A DNA stretch of 64,000 bases, taken from NCBI GenBank assembly GCA_045595785.1, contig JAZOBE010000037.1, positions 18,973 to 82,972 of the forward strand. The letters run 5' to 3'. The translations under genes and the position numbers were made by a program. This DNA is from Eubacteriales bacterium. GTDB lineage: Bacteria; Bacillota; Clostridia; Oscillospirales; CAG-382. Shown piece by piece: positions 1-10,200 of this stretch; position 1 is the first letter of the stretch, and each line of letters starts with the position of its first letter. Below the pieces are notes generated by a model, which ran no database searches, was not told the DNA's origin, and worked only from the letters and a program-made list of their open reading frames with translations.

Positions 1-2070
1 TACCTTGGCGGCATCCTGCGCGCGGCGGACAAAGCTCTTTGACAGCTTGGAGATATGCACCAGACCGTCCTGATGAACGCCGATATCCACAAAGGCGCCG
101 AAATCCGCTACATTACGCACCGTACCTACAAATTCCATACCGGGCTTAAGAGAAGAAATATCCATTGCGTCAGTGCGAAGAATAGGCTTGGGAAGCTCAT
201 CTCTGGGGTCTCTGCCCGGCTTGGTAAGCTCGTTTATCATATCCGTGAGAGTAGGAACGCCAACCCCCACCGATTCTGCCAAAGACTCCATACCCACAAG
301 AGAAGCCTTTGCCTTGATATCGTCTATCTTACGCTCTCTAACGTCCTGTGCGGTATAACCCAGCTTTTTAAGCAGAACGCGGGCAGACTCATAGCTTTCG
401 GGATGGACTGCGGTGTTATCCAACACCTCGTCACTTTCAGAAACACGCAAAAAGCCTGCACACTGGGTAAAGGCTTTATCACCAATACCCTTAACCTTCT
501 TAAGCTCCTCACGGGAGGTAAAGAGACGGTTTTCGTTTCTGTAATCATAAATTGCGCGCGCAGTCTTTGAAGTAATACCTGCAACGCGGGAAAGCAGAGA
601 AACTGATGCAGAGTTAAGGTCAACGCCTACGGAGGAAACTGCATCCTCTACCACGCCGTCAAGAGAAGCGGAAAGCTCCTTGGGGTTCATATCGTGCTGA
701 TACTGACCTACACCTATTGCCTTGGGGTCGATCTTTACGAGCTCTGCCAGAGGATCCTGCACGCGGCGTGCGATAGATACGGCACTTCTTAACGAAACGT
801 CAAACTGAGGAAATTCCTCTGCCGCAAGCTTAGACGCAGAATAAACGGATGCGCCTGCCTCATTGGTCATAATATAGCTGACCTGACCGGTAAGCTTGGG
901 AAGAAGTCCGGAAACGAAAATTTCACTTTCCTTGCTGGCGGTTCCGTTGCCGATGGATATTATGTCAACCCCGTACTTTTTGATAAGCGCACTGAGTACA
1001 CGCTCTGCGTCCTCGGTTCTGTTCTGAGGAGGAGTGGGATACACCACGGTGGTATCCAGAACCTCACCGTTTTCGCCTACAACAGCGATTTTACAGCCGG
1101 TACGATAAGCAGGGTCAAAGCCCATAACCACCTTACCCTTTACAGGTGCCTGAAGAAGAAGGTTACGCAAATTCTCACCGAACACCTTAATTGCCTGTTC
1201 CTGTGCGGCGGCTGTTATATCACTGCGTACCTCGTTCTGTATAGAAGGAGCGATAAGACGCTCATATCCATCAACAACTGCGTCCTTTACGTATTGGGTA
1301 GAGGAGCATATCTGCTTGGAAACGGTCTGACCGATAAGATATCCCTCAATATAATCCTTATCCACGTCCACCTTAACGGAAAGGAATCCCTCTTTCTCAC
1401 CGCGGTCAATGGCAAGAACGCGGTGGGAGGCAAGCTTTTTAAGAGGCTCGCTTCTGTCGTAATACATACGGTATACGCTGTCCTCTTCCGTCTTTGCTTT
1501 AGTGGAAAGCAAGCCGTTTTTCATAGTATATTCACGGATCCACTTACGGTAAGCGGCGTTATCCGAAACAGTCTCTGCAATAATATCCATTGCGCCGTGA
1601 AGTGCATCGACAGAAGATTCTATCTTCTTTTCGGGGTTAAGATATTTCTCCGCCTCAGCTTCTATATCCACACTCTTTTCCTGCGCAAGCATAAGCTCTG
1701 CAAGAGGAGTAAGCCCTGCCTCTGCTGCAACGGAAGCACGGGTCTTGCGCTTGGGGCGGTAAGGACGGTAGATATCGTCTATTTCCGCAACGGTTGAAGC
1801 TTTATCAAGGGCAGTGTTTATCTCGTCAGTCATTTTCTCCTGCTCGGTAATAAGACGGCGCACCTCTTCTCTGCGCTGTTCAACTGCACGGTATGCACGA
1901 AGTTTCTCGTCCAGATCACGAAGCACGGTATCGTCCAGAGAGCCGGTTGCCTCTTTGCGATAACGGGCGATAAAAGGAATGGTGTTCCCCTCGTCTATAA
2001 GTTTTACAGCCGCCTCCGCCTGAGTTACTTTTATGCGGAGCTCCTCGGCAATTTTTGCAATAATGTCCAT
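1..2070 (-). CDS. tex: Tex family RNA-binding transcriptional accessory protein, 3'-truncated by the window edge
   Basis: Hand translation from ATG at 2070: MDIIAKIAEEL...EGNTIPFIARYRKEATG...GFDPAYRTGCK...NEAGASVYSAS...IGVGQYQHD...S1 motif GTVRNVADFGAFVDIGVHQDGLVHIS. Missing from the ORF track because no stop lies in the window. Confidence 0.95.
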   Translation of the reverse strand, partial: MDIIAKIAEELRIKVTQAEAAVKLIDEGNTIPFIARYRKEATGSLDDTVLRDLDEKLRAYRAVEQRREEVRRLITEQEKMTDEINTALDKASTVAEIDDIYRPYRPKRKTRASVAAEAGLTPLAELMLAQEKSVDIEAEAEKYLNPEKKIESSVDALHGAMDIIAETVSDNAAYRKWIREYTMKNGLLSTKAKTEEDSVYRMYYDRSEPLKKLASHRVLAIDRGEKEGFLSVKVDVDKDYIEGYLIGQTVSKQICSSTQYVKDAVVDGYERLIAPSIQNEVRSDITAAAQEQAIKVFGENLRNLLLQAPVKGKVVMGFDPAYRTGCKIAVVGENGEVLDTTVVYPTPPQNRTEDAERVLSALIKKYGVDIISIGNGTASKESEIFVSGLLPKLTGQVSYIMTNEAGASVYSASKLAAEEFPQFDVSLRSAVSIARRVQDPLAELVKIDPKAIGVGQYQHDMNPKELSASLDGVVEDAVSSVGVDLNSASVSLLSRVAGITSKTARAIYDYRNENRLFTSREELKKVKGIGDKAFTQCAGFLRVSESDEVLDNTAVHPESYESARVLLKKLGYTAQDVRERKIDDIKAKASLVGMESLAESVGVGVPTLTDMINELTKPGRDPRDELPKPILRTDAMDISSLKPGMEFVGTVRNVADFGAFVDIGVHQDGLVHISKLSKSFVRRAQDAAKV

Positions 2071-2153
2071 TTACTTTTCCCCTTTGGAAATTGATTGATA
2101 TATTATATCAGAAAAAGCAAAAAAAGTAAATATAACAGCCCAAAAATAACCAT

Positions 2154-2189
2154 AAAAAAATACCCCGCCCGACAAAATGCCGAGCGGGG
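2154..2189 (-). terminator. Rho-independent terminator of the NCS2 permease gene
   Basis: Minus strand CCCCGCTCGGCA-TTT-TGTCGGGCGGGG followed by a T7 tract, just after the stop at 2203. Confidence 0.8.
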
Positions 2190-2202
2190 CGAATAGCCTT
2201 TA

Positions 2203-3630
2203 TTACATGGTTACCAGGAAGAATCTTGCGATAAAGAGGATGCCGATGATGGTAACAACGATATCCTTCTTGGAGAACTTACCGGTGAAGAGGCGGATAA
2301 GCACGTAAGAGATTGCGCCTACTGCAATACCGTTGGAGATAGAGTAAGTAAGGGGCATCATGATAAGTGCAAGGAATGCGGGAACTGCAGATGCGATATC
2401 GTCCATATCAACCTTGGAGAAGTTCTTAAGCATAAGAACGCCAACGTAGATAAGAGCGGGTGCGGTTGCACATGCGGGAACGATAGCTGCAAGAGGAGTG
2501 AGGAACAAGCATACAAAGAAGCAGATGGAGGTTACAAGAGAAGTAAGACCGGTTCTGCCGCCTGCTGCTACGCCTGCTGCGGACTCAACGAAGGTGGTAC
2601 AAGTAGAGGTGCCGAAAACTGCGCCTGCGCAAGTAGCGATGGAGTCGCAAGCCATAGCCTTGTTTACGTCGATAGGGTCGCCGTTTTCATCAAGCATATT
2701 TGCCTGAGAAGCGGTACCGTAAAGAGTTCCGATAGTATCAAACATATCAACCAGAGTAAAGGTGATAACAAGAACGATAGCGTTTATAATAGCGCTTGCG
2801 CCGCCGGAGAAGATGGTATATCCCTTGAATGCGCCGATAATACCAATCTCACCGAAATCCTTGAAGGACTGACCGATCTTACCAAGGTCGAAGGTAGGAA
2901 GAGTCCAGGTGGTAAGGTAGTAAAGAACGGTAACGATACCGATGGTGATAATTACGGAGCCCTTAACCTTTTTCTTATCAAGAACTGCGATAAGGAACAG
3001 GCCGAGAAGAGCGAGAACAACGGGAGCCATAACCTTCCAAGCTTCAAATGCGCCGAGAAATTCTCCTGCTTCGTTGTACATAGCACCGTGGAAATCGAAA
3101 AGCTGTACGTAGGTATACTGGTTTGCCTGAATAATGCCAACGTTCTTGAAGCCGATGAAAGCAATAAACAGACCGATACCTGCAGGGATGGCCTTTTTAA
3201 GACAATCAGGCAACGCTTTTGCGATATATTCTCTTGCGCCGGTAACAGAAAGAACAAGGAATACTACACCGGAAAGAAGAATAACGAAAAGACCTTCATG
3301 ATAACCCTTTATAACGTCGCCGCCTTCGGTAAGAATGGCAGGAAGAATAAAGGAAACAAAGAAGAATGAGTTAAGACCCATACCACACGCCTGTGCATAG
3401 GGAAGCTTTGCGTAGAGTGCGTAAAGCAGGGTACCTACAAATGCTACCAAAATAGATGCAACGTATACTGCATTCCAGATGGTATCCATTTCGCCGCCGA
3501 AATTGAAGCCGACAACCTGGTTGGGGTTGGTTACAACAATATAAGCCATAGCGAAGAAGGTGGTAAGACCTGCCATTATCTCTGTTTTAACGTTTGAGCC
3601 GCGTTCAGAGATTTTGAAGAACTTGTCCAT
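2203..3630 (-). CDS. NCS2/AzgA-family (COG2252) nucleobase permease, probably guanine/hypoxanthine
   Basis: 475 aa polytopic membrane protein with TEIMAGLTTFFAMAYI, ACGMGLNSFF, DMFDTIGTL, FVESAAGVAAGGRTGLT; GGAGG RBS. Confidence 0.9.
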   Translation of the reverse strand: MDKFFKISERGSNVKTEIMAGLTTFFAMAYIVVTNPNQVVGFNFGGEMDTIWNAVYVASILVAFVGTLLYALYAKLPYAQACGMGLNSFFFVSFILPAILTEGGDVIKGYHEGLFVILLSGVVFLVLSVTGAREYIAKALPDCLKKAIPAGIGLFIAFIGFKNVGIIQANQYTYVQLFDFHGAMYNEAGEFLGAFEAWKVMAPVVLALLGLFLIAVLDKKKVKGSVIITIGIVTVLYYLTTWTLPTFDLGKIGQSFKDFGEIGIIGAFKGYTIFSGGASAIINAIVLVITFTLVDMFDTIGTLYGTASQANMLDENGDPIDVNKAMACDSIATCAGAVFGTSTCTTFVESAAGVAAGGRTGLTSLVTSICFFVCLFLTPLAAIVPACATAPALIYVGVLMLKNFSKVDMDDIASAVPAFLALIMMPLTYSISNGIAVGAISYVLIRLFTGKFSKKDIVVTIIGILFIARFFLVTM

Positions 3631-3745
3631 AAAAGACCTCCTAAAATAATATAAGACAGCAACAATCGCCCCCCAAGAAGCCTAACGGTTTCTCGGGGAC
3701 CCGATAAAAATACTGCCGAAGGTGTATATCTACACCTATAGCAGT

Positions 3746-3774
3746 ATTTTAATAGTTACGACATAATTTGTCAA
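3746..3774 (-). promoter_or_regulatory. sigma-A promoter of the NCS2 permease
   Basis: TTGACA-17 nt-TAAAAT on the minus strand. Confidence 0.75.
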
Positions 3775-3855
3775 TAATTTTATAAAAATCTCGCTATTTT
3801 TAGCACTCTGCACAAACTCGAAAAACGGTTATCGTTTATTTTGATAGGTATTATG

Positions 3856-4812
3856 TTAACAGAGCGAAAAGACCTTTTCCGCAAGTGTAAAGAAGTCATC
3901 TTTTGTAACGGCGGTGTTTATATCTCGGCGCAAAGCGGCACTTCCGCGCAGACCCTTTGTGTACCAAGAAAGGTGGGTGCGCATCTGACAAAGAGCTCTT
4001 TCTCCTTCGAAAAACAGTAGTCTTTCTATGTGCTCTTTTATTACAGAAAGCTTTTCTTCATCCGATATTTCTCTTCTGGGAATACCGTTTATATCGTCGA
4101 TAAGATATGCGAATATCCAAGGGGCTCCCATTGCGGCTCTGCCGACAGCAAGTCCGTCAGCACCTGTAAGAGCATACGCCTCAGCTGCTTTAAGAGTAAG
4201 CCCAACGTCACCGGAAGCGATAACCGGAATATCGACTGCTTCCTTTACGCGGCGTATTTCACTGCAGTCTGAGACACCGGAATACATTTTATCTCTTGTT
4301 CTGCCGTGAACGGTTACCGCAGCCGCACCTGCCTGACGGCAAGCCACAGCCAGCTCAGGCGCATTAAGGCTGTTTTCATCCATTCCGATACGCATTTTTA
4401 CAGTAACCGGCACAGAAACCGCCTTTACCACCTTTTCAACAATGCCTGCAGCCTTATCCACGTCACGCATAAGGGCACAACCTTCTCCGTTTCGTATGAT
4501 CTTGTGAACGGGGCACCCCATATTAATATCTATCATATGCGGAGAAAGTGACATAAGTTTATACGCCGCCTCTGCCATTATGTCTCCGTCCGAGCCGAAT
4601 ATCTGTATCGCCGCAGGAAGCTCCTCATCGGTAAGAGAAGCAAGACGAAAGGTGCGCTCATCCCCCATAGTAACAGCCTTTGCGGAGATAAGCTCAGTAG
4701 TAACAAGCTCCGCCCCATAGCGCACGCAAAGAGCGCGGTAGGCACGGTCGGTAACACCTGCCATGGGAGCAAGAGTCAAGCCGTATTTAAAAGAAACGTT
4801 TCCAATCTTCAT
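3856..4812 (-). CDS. dusB: tRNA-dihydrouridine synthase B
   Basis: LAPMAGVTD, DINMGCP, TVHGRT motifs; 318 aa. Confidence 0.92.
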   Translation of the reverse strand: MKIGNVSFKYGLTLAPMAGVTDRAYRALCVRYGAELVTTELISAKAVTMGDERTFRLASLTDEELPAAIQIFGSDGDIMAEAAYKLMSLSPHMIDINMGCPVHKIIRNGEGCALMRDVDKAAGIVEKVVKAVSVPVTVKMRIGMDENSLNAPELAVACRQAGAAAVTVHGRTRDKMYSGVSDCSEIRRVKEAVDIPVIASGDVGLTLKAAEAYALTGADGLAVGRAAMGAPWIFAYLIDDINGIPRREISDEEKLSVIKEHIERLLFFEGERALCQMRTHLSWYTKGLRGSAALRRDINTAVTKDDFFTLAEKVFSLC

Positions 4813-6857
4813 CAGCTGATCTTATTACCTTTCTCATTTCCCGAAGCGAATTCGTATGCCGCCTTGAACAAAGCGGGATACTTGTTCTCCCCTTCTGCAA
4901 ACATTTCCTCGGAAAGCTTTTTTGCCGCCTCCAGCATATTCATATCAGCGGCGGAGGCTACTCTGAATATCAACTCGCCCGATTGCTTTTCACCAAAGAA
5001 ATCACCGGGGCCTCTCTGCTCAAGGTCTGCATTGGCAATGGCAAAACCATCGTTGGTCTCGCACATTATTCGTAAACGGTCCTCAGTCTTGCCATGAGCT
5101 TGGTCAGACAAAAGCACACACATGCTCTTATCCTTTCCCCTGCCCACTCTGCCGCGAAGCTGATGAAGCTGAGATAGACCGAAGCATTCTGCATTTTCTA
5201 TAAGAATTACCGTTGCGTTGGGCACGTCCACACCCACCTCAACGACGGTAGTAGATACCAATATCTGAGTTTCGCCACTTGCAAAGGAACGCATAACCGC
5301 ATCCTTTTCCACAGGTGTCATTTTTCCGTGAAGCATACCGATGTTTATACCCGTAAAGCTTCCTCTGCGCATTGCCTCGGCATACCCCTCTGCACTTTGC
5401 TTGCCGCTTTCCTCGTTTTCCTCAACAAGAGGGCAGATTATATAAGCCTGATTGCCTGCGGCGATCCTTTCCCGAATCATTTTGAACACGCGCTCGCGCT
5501 TATCGCTTCCCACCAGATAGGTATCTACCTTCTGTCTGCCGGGAGGTAATTCGTCAAGAACGCTGATATCCAGATCTCCGTACAGAATAAGCGAAAGAGT
5601 ACGGGGAATAGGCGTTGCGGACATTACCAGCATATGAGGCTTTGTGTTGCCGTTGCCACCTTTTTCGGTAAGCCGCGCTCTTTGCATTACGCCAAAGCGA
5701 TGCTGTTCATCGGTTATGACCAGACCCAGCTTCTTATACACCACGGTATCCTGAATAAGGGCGTTGGTGCCTACGGCAACGTCAATACTGCCGTCGGCAA
5801 GGCCCTGATGCAATAAAGCTTTTTGCTTTTTCGTAAGACTGCCCGTAAGCAATCCCACCCGTATACCAAAGGGCGAAAGCATTTTATCCAGCGTTTTTGC
5901 GTGCTGGGATGCCAGTATCTCCGTAGGTGCCATAAACGCACACTGATACCCGTTTTTAACTGCAAAATATACCGCAGACGCAGCCACCGCCGTCTTACCG
6001 CTGCCCACATCGCCCTGCAAAAGCCTGGTCATGGGAGTATCACCGCACATATCGTTAAGTATTTCCTTAACACTTCGCTCCTGTGCCGAGGTAAGAGAAA
6101 ACGGGAACGATTCAAAAAACTGCTTTACACCGCTGTTTTTGAATGACATCTGTATTCCCTTGGATACGTTCTTTCCCCTGCGGGAAACGCGGAGTGCCGT
6201 CTGAAACACCACAAGCTCATTAAAAGCAAGAGTGCGCTTTGCTGCCGCTACGTCCTCACGGGATGCAGGGAGATGTATCTTTCGTATAGCTTCCCCCACA
6301 GTTAAAAGCGCGTATCTTTTGCGAACAGCCTCAGGCAAAACGTCCGTCTTGGCTTCCGAAAGAGGAAGCACAGCACTTACAGCATTCTGAACTGTTTTTT
6401 GCGAAAGTCCTTTTGTGAGCGGATACACGGGATAAACAGAACGGAGTTTTTTTTCGTGAAGTATAGGCTCCACCTCGGGAGACACCATTTCCTTTCCGTA
6501 AAAGCCAAAGGTAACCTTTCCGTAAAAACGGAAAGCGCGCCCTTGTGAAAACACCTTAAGCAACCATTTTTGGTTGAAAAAGGTAATATTTACCGTGCCG
6601 GTATCATCACCGGCTGTGAATTTGATATATTTAACCTTGCCTCCCCCGGTTTTGACGGGAGAATCCACCGTAAGAACAAGAGAGCATATTTCGCCGTCCA
6701 ATGCGTCGGCAACCTTTTTTGTCTCACCTCTGTACTCGTAAGTACGGGGATAAAAGGTAAGCAGATCTCCTGCGCAGGACAAACCAAGCTTGGCGAAGCA
6801 CTTACTGCGTGCTTCGCCTATGCCCTTTATGTACTGTAACGGTGTGTAATGTTCCAT
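4812..6857 (-). CDS. recG: ATP-dependent DNA helicase RecG
   Basis: QGDVGSGKT, DEQHRFG, MSATPIPRT, QLRGRVGRG, DLEQRGPG; 681 aa. Confidence 0.97.
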   Translation of the reverse strand: MEHYTPLQYIKGIGEARSKCFAKLGLSCAGDLLTFYPRTYEYRGETKKVADALDGEICSLVLTVDSPVKTGGGKVKYIKFTAGDDTGTVNITFFNQKWLLKVFSQGRAFRFYGKVTFGFYGKEMVSPEVEPILHEKKLRSVYPVYPLTKGLSQKTVQNAVSAVLPLSEAKTDVLPEAVRKRYALLTVGEAIRKIHLPASREDVAAAKRTLAFNELVVFQTALRVSRRGKNVSKGIQMSFKNSGVKQFFESFPFSLTSAQERSVKEILNDMCGDTPMTRLLQGDVGSGKTAVAASAVYFAVKNGYQCAFMAPTEILASQHAKTLDKMLSPFGIRVGLLTGSLTKKQKALLHQGLADGSIDVAVGTNALIQDTVVYKKLGLVITDEQHRFGVMQRARLTEKGGNGNTKPHMLVMSATPIPRTLSLILYGDLDISVLDELPPGRQKVDTYLVGSDKRERVFKMIRERIAAGNQAYIICPLVEENEESGKQSAEGYAEAMRRGSFTGINIGMLHGKMTPVEKDAVMRSFASGETQILVSTTVVEVGVDVPNATVILIENAECFGLSQLHQLRGRVGRGKDKSMCVLLSDQAHGKTEDRLRIMCETNDGFAIANADLEQRGPGDFFGEKQSGELIFRVASAADMNMLEAAKKLSEEMFAEGENKYPALFKAAYEFASGNEKGNKIS

Positions 6858-9079
6858 TATATTTCTATCCTGTTATAAGAGGTTCCGGAAGCATCAAGTA
6901 TACGCTGTTCTCTGTCATGGCAGGAGAACAGGAATACTTGCCCCTCCTCGGCAACGGTCTTGACCATATCAAGCATGTATTCAAGACGCTTTCCGTCCAG
7001 ACGAACAAAGGCATCGTCCAACACAAGAGGAGGACGTGTCTCGGAATAAATAAGGTTTACCAGGGCAAGGCGCAAGCACATATAAGCGCTGTCCTTGGTG
7101 CCAGCAGACATATAGTCGGAATGCTTGGTGCCGACAGAGGTTTCGTAAGACATTGTAAGCGATGTATCAAAGGATACCTTATCGTACTTACCGCCGGTTA
7201 CTGCCGACATATACTTCCCTGCGTGGCGGGAAAGTGCAGGCGAAACTATATTACGCATATATTTATCCGCTTCGTCCAACGCCTCTGCGGCAATAGTGAC
7301 TGCAGAATAAGACTGCTCAAGATACTTTATTCGAGCCGCTACGGAATCTCTTTGCGCCTGAATAAGTGCAGGGTCTCCGCCTGCGCCGATAAGTCTGCCT
7401 CTCTCCCCTTCTTTTTCCCGTAAGCTGCTCCTCAAGGACTCATCCTGCTGTGAGATAGCGTCCATAGCGCGCTCAAGTTCTTCACGGGTGTGAGCAGGAA
7501 CGGAAGCATTCTCAGCCAATTCGCTTATGCGCTTAAGATCGCAGGAAGCAAATGCCGCCTCCTGTACCGCCTTGGCGGTATCAAGCTGTGTACGGGTGCG
7601 AAAAACAAGGTCTGCTGCAGAAACAATATCGGCAACACGCTTATTAACGTCCTCGGGGTCGCCGGGCATTCCTTCGGTTACAGAGAATATCTCTCCGTCA
7701 AGCTGTGCCAATTCATCAACGGCACGGTCATAAAGAGTTTTGGCTCCTATAGCCTTAAGCTCAAGCTCGGCTATCTCCTGCTGTGCCGCCGGATATTGAC
7801 CAAGCATATATTTCATTTCAGAAAGCGAAGAAAATCCGTTTCGTGCCGCAAAATGGGACGCCGCTCCGTTCAGTATCATAAGCACTATAAAAATGATTAC
7901 TGCCGCACCGCCAAAAACGATTATATACTGCCAAGGCAAGAATTCAACTTCACCGAAGATATCGGTAAACTCCAGCACTGCAGTTGCACCCGCGGCAAGC
8001 ACCATAAGAAGCGCGAGAAGTATCATCAATACCCTTGCACCGCGGATGGCACGTATCTTTTTACCGATGGTATTTACGTTTCTTCCGTCAAAAAGGCTTT
8101 CCTTGCGTGCGTTCTCAACATCCTTTTCCGCATTGGCAAGGTTTTCCTTACGCTCTTCTATTTTTGCGGTATATACGCTTCTGCGGGATATAAGCTTTAC
8201 AGCCTTAGCCACGTTATCCTTATCAGGCTCAACACCGCCGAAGGGCTCTGTCGCCCCATCGTACTCAGCCTCAGCCTCGGTAACCTTACGGGCGTGCTCC
8301 TTAAGCTCCGCATATTTTAGAGATGCTTCGTATTTTTCTATACCGATAAGCTCCTGTTTGATCTCATCTCTGAGTCTGCGGTTGTTGGATATCTTGTTTT
8401 CAATTTCCTTTATTTCGCTGTCCACCTTACCCAAAGCGCCGGAATTGGAAACGGCATCACCCAAAGCGCGGTCAAAAGCATCACGCTTTTCCTCCAAAGC
8501 AGGCAGTATTCCGCCGCCCTTTACACGGCTGCGGAGACGGTTGCGTGCTTCGGAAAGCTTTTTCATAGCATCAGCCGCACTGACACTCTCGTCGGCCGAG
8601 GCAATTAGATTACGTAGCTGCTCAGCAAGCTCATCATCCTTTTTGCCGGGAGAAACCAGCTGACGGAAAAAGGCTGTTTTGGAGAATATCTCCTCCTTTA
8701 CGCCGAAAAAGCATTCGCCGGGGACCTGCCCCTTAAGTATTTCCTTTCCCGTATCCTTTTCGGTAACGGTACACATATCCTTGCCTGCAAGATACTCACG
8801 CTCAACACGGTATCTCATACTGCCAAGAGAAAACTCAACGCTTCCTGCCGCACGGGGGTTATCCCAAGGGATATAATGCTTTTTCTCGTTTTCAGAAACG
8901 TTGGAAACGCGCTGACCGGAAAAGCCGTAAAAAACAAACTTTATAAAATGCGCAAGGGTGGTCTTGCCGCTTTCGTTGGGAGCGGTAATAAGATTTATTC
9001 CTTTTTCGGGTGTGATTATTGTATTTGTTATACAACCGAAGGAGACTATTTCACATTTTTCGATAATAACTGCGTTCAT
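6857..9079 (-). CDS. YhaN/SbcC-like SMC-type ATPase with coiled coil and a central hydrophobic hairpin
   Basis: N-terminal Walker A APNESGKTT; C-terminal signature MSAGTKD and Walker B LVLDDAF; long coiled coil containing two hydrophobic segments. Confidence 0.8.
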   Translation of the reverse strand: MNAVIIEKCEIVSFGCITNTIITPEKGINLITAPNESGKTTLAHFIKFVFYGFSGQRVSNVSENEKKHYIPWDNPRAAGSVEFSLGSMRYRVEREYLAGKDMCTVTEKDTGKEILKGQVPGECFFGVKEEIFSKTAFFRQLVSPGKKDDELAEQLRNLIASADESVSAADAMKKLSEARNRLRSRVKGGGILPALEEKRDAFDRALGDAVSNSGALGKVDSEIKEIENKISNNRRLRDEIKQELIGIEKYEASLKYAELKEHARKVTEAEAEYDGATEPFGGVEPDKDNVAKAVKLISRRSVYTAKIEERKENLANAEKDVENARKESLFDGRNVNTIGKKIRAIRGARVLMILLALLMVLAAGATAVLEFTDIFGEVEFLPWQYIIVFGGAAVIIFIVLMILNGAASHFAARNGFSSLSEMKYMLGQYPAAQQEIAELELKAIGAKTLYDRAVDELAQLDGEIFSVTEGMPGDPEDVNKRVADIVSAADLVFRTRTQLDTAKAVQEAAFASCDLKRISELAENASVPAHTREELERAMDAISQQDESLRSSLREKEGERGRLIGAGGDPALIQAQRDSVAARIKYLEQSYSAVTIAAEALDEADKYMRNIVSPALSRHAGKYMSAVTGGKYDKVSFDTSLTMSYETSVGTKHSDYMSAGTKDSAYMCLRLALVNLIYSETRPPLVLDDAFVRLDGKRLEYMLDMVKTVAEEGQVFLFSCHDREQRILDASGTSYNRIEI

Positions 9080-10200
9080 ATCTGCTCCTCCCCGAAATCT
9101 GCTATATTCTTTTCGTTAAGTGCGGTAAGACCGTACTTGAGTGCTTTTACCAGAGTATTATATTCCTCACTGCCCGGACGTGCCTGAGAAATACGCTTTT
9201 CCATAATACGGTAGAAAACGCCCTTAAGAGTATTTTCACTTTCGGTACCGGTAAAGCTTACGACTACGCGAGTGTTATCAACGATATGTACCTCGCATTC
9301 GGTCTGACCGGAAAGCTCATCGGGAGACAGCAGGTATTCTTCGTCGGTCTCACCTACCGCGTTTACACGAATGACCGTGCCTGCAGGAAAATCAGAAACG
9401 GAAGCACGTATCATTTCCAAGGCGTTTCTTCTGCTTACGGAATCGGTAACGTCAACATTTATGACTTCATAACGCATTTCCGCAACAGACACCGATCTTA
9501 AGTTAACGTTCCCCTTTTCAACAGTACCGATGAGGGCGGATTTTATTCCCGTTTCATCAAAGCTTCTGCCGCAAAGACAACCGGGGTATGCATAGAAAAC
9601 ACCGTTTTCCGAGCAAACGCCCGTGCCCTTGTGAATATGACCGAGAGCTACGTAATCAAACTTGCTCTCACCTATCTCCCTTTTGGTAACGGGACCATTG
9701 GAGGAAAGGACGCCCGACATATCGCCGTGGCATACCAGGATATTTATCATATCGTCATCGGGAATTTCGTAGCCCGTAACGGTACTCTCACCGTACAAGG
9801 ACGAGGTAAAGCCGTATCCAAACACACGAACACCCAGATCATTAAGCTCTATACACTGGCGGTCCTTGAAAACGTGAACGTTTTCAGGAAAATCCGCTGA
9901 TGCGTACACAGACGCAGGAGTAAAGGGATCGTGATTACCGGGGGATATAAAAAACGCACAGGAAGGAAGCGATGCAAATGCGTTTTTAAGCATAAGCGCA
10001 GTATCTCGAGTGGCAAACTCGGTATCGAACAGATCGCCCGAGATAAGGCATATCTGAACCTGCTCTTCCCTCGCCTTTTCGATAAGACGGAGGAAGGAAC
10101 GGCGAACGGCCTCGCGCCGTTTTTCAGCAGCAGAGGGAGAAAACGCCGTAAAGGGGGAATCAAGATGTATATCTGCAGTATGTAAAATTTTAATACTCAT
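9076..10200 (-). CDS. YhaO/SbcD (Mre11-like) metallophosphoesterase DNA repair exonuclease
   Basis: HTADIHLD, GDLFD, PGNHD, CHG, LGHIH motifs; overlaps the ATPase gene start. Confidence 0.88.
   Translation of the reverse strand: MSIKILHTADIHLDSPFTAFSPSAAEKRREAVRRSFLRLIEKAREEQVQICLISGDLFDTEFATRDTALMLKNAFASLPSCAFFISPGNHDPFTPASVYASADFPENVHVFKDRQCIELNDLGVRVFGYGFTSSLYGESTVTGYEIPDDDMINILVCHGDMSGVLSSNGPVTKREIGESKFDYVALGHIHKGTGVCSENGVFYAYPGCLCGRSFDETGIKSALIGTVEKGNVNLRSVSVAEMRYEVINVDVTDSVSRRNALEMIRASVSDFPAGTVIRVNAVGETDEEYLLSPDELSGQTECEVHIVDNTRVVVSFTGTESENTLKGVFYRIMEKRISQARPGSEEYNTLVKALKYGLTALNEKNIADFGEEQI

Noticed and set aside
3630-3780. Canonical purine, ZTP or PyrR element upstream of the permease
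   Set aside because: The conserved core sequences were not found; kept only as an orphan structured leader.
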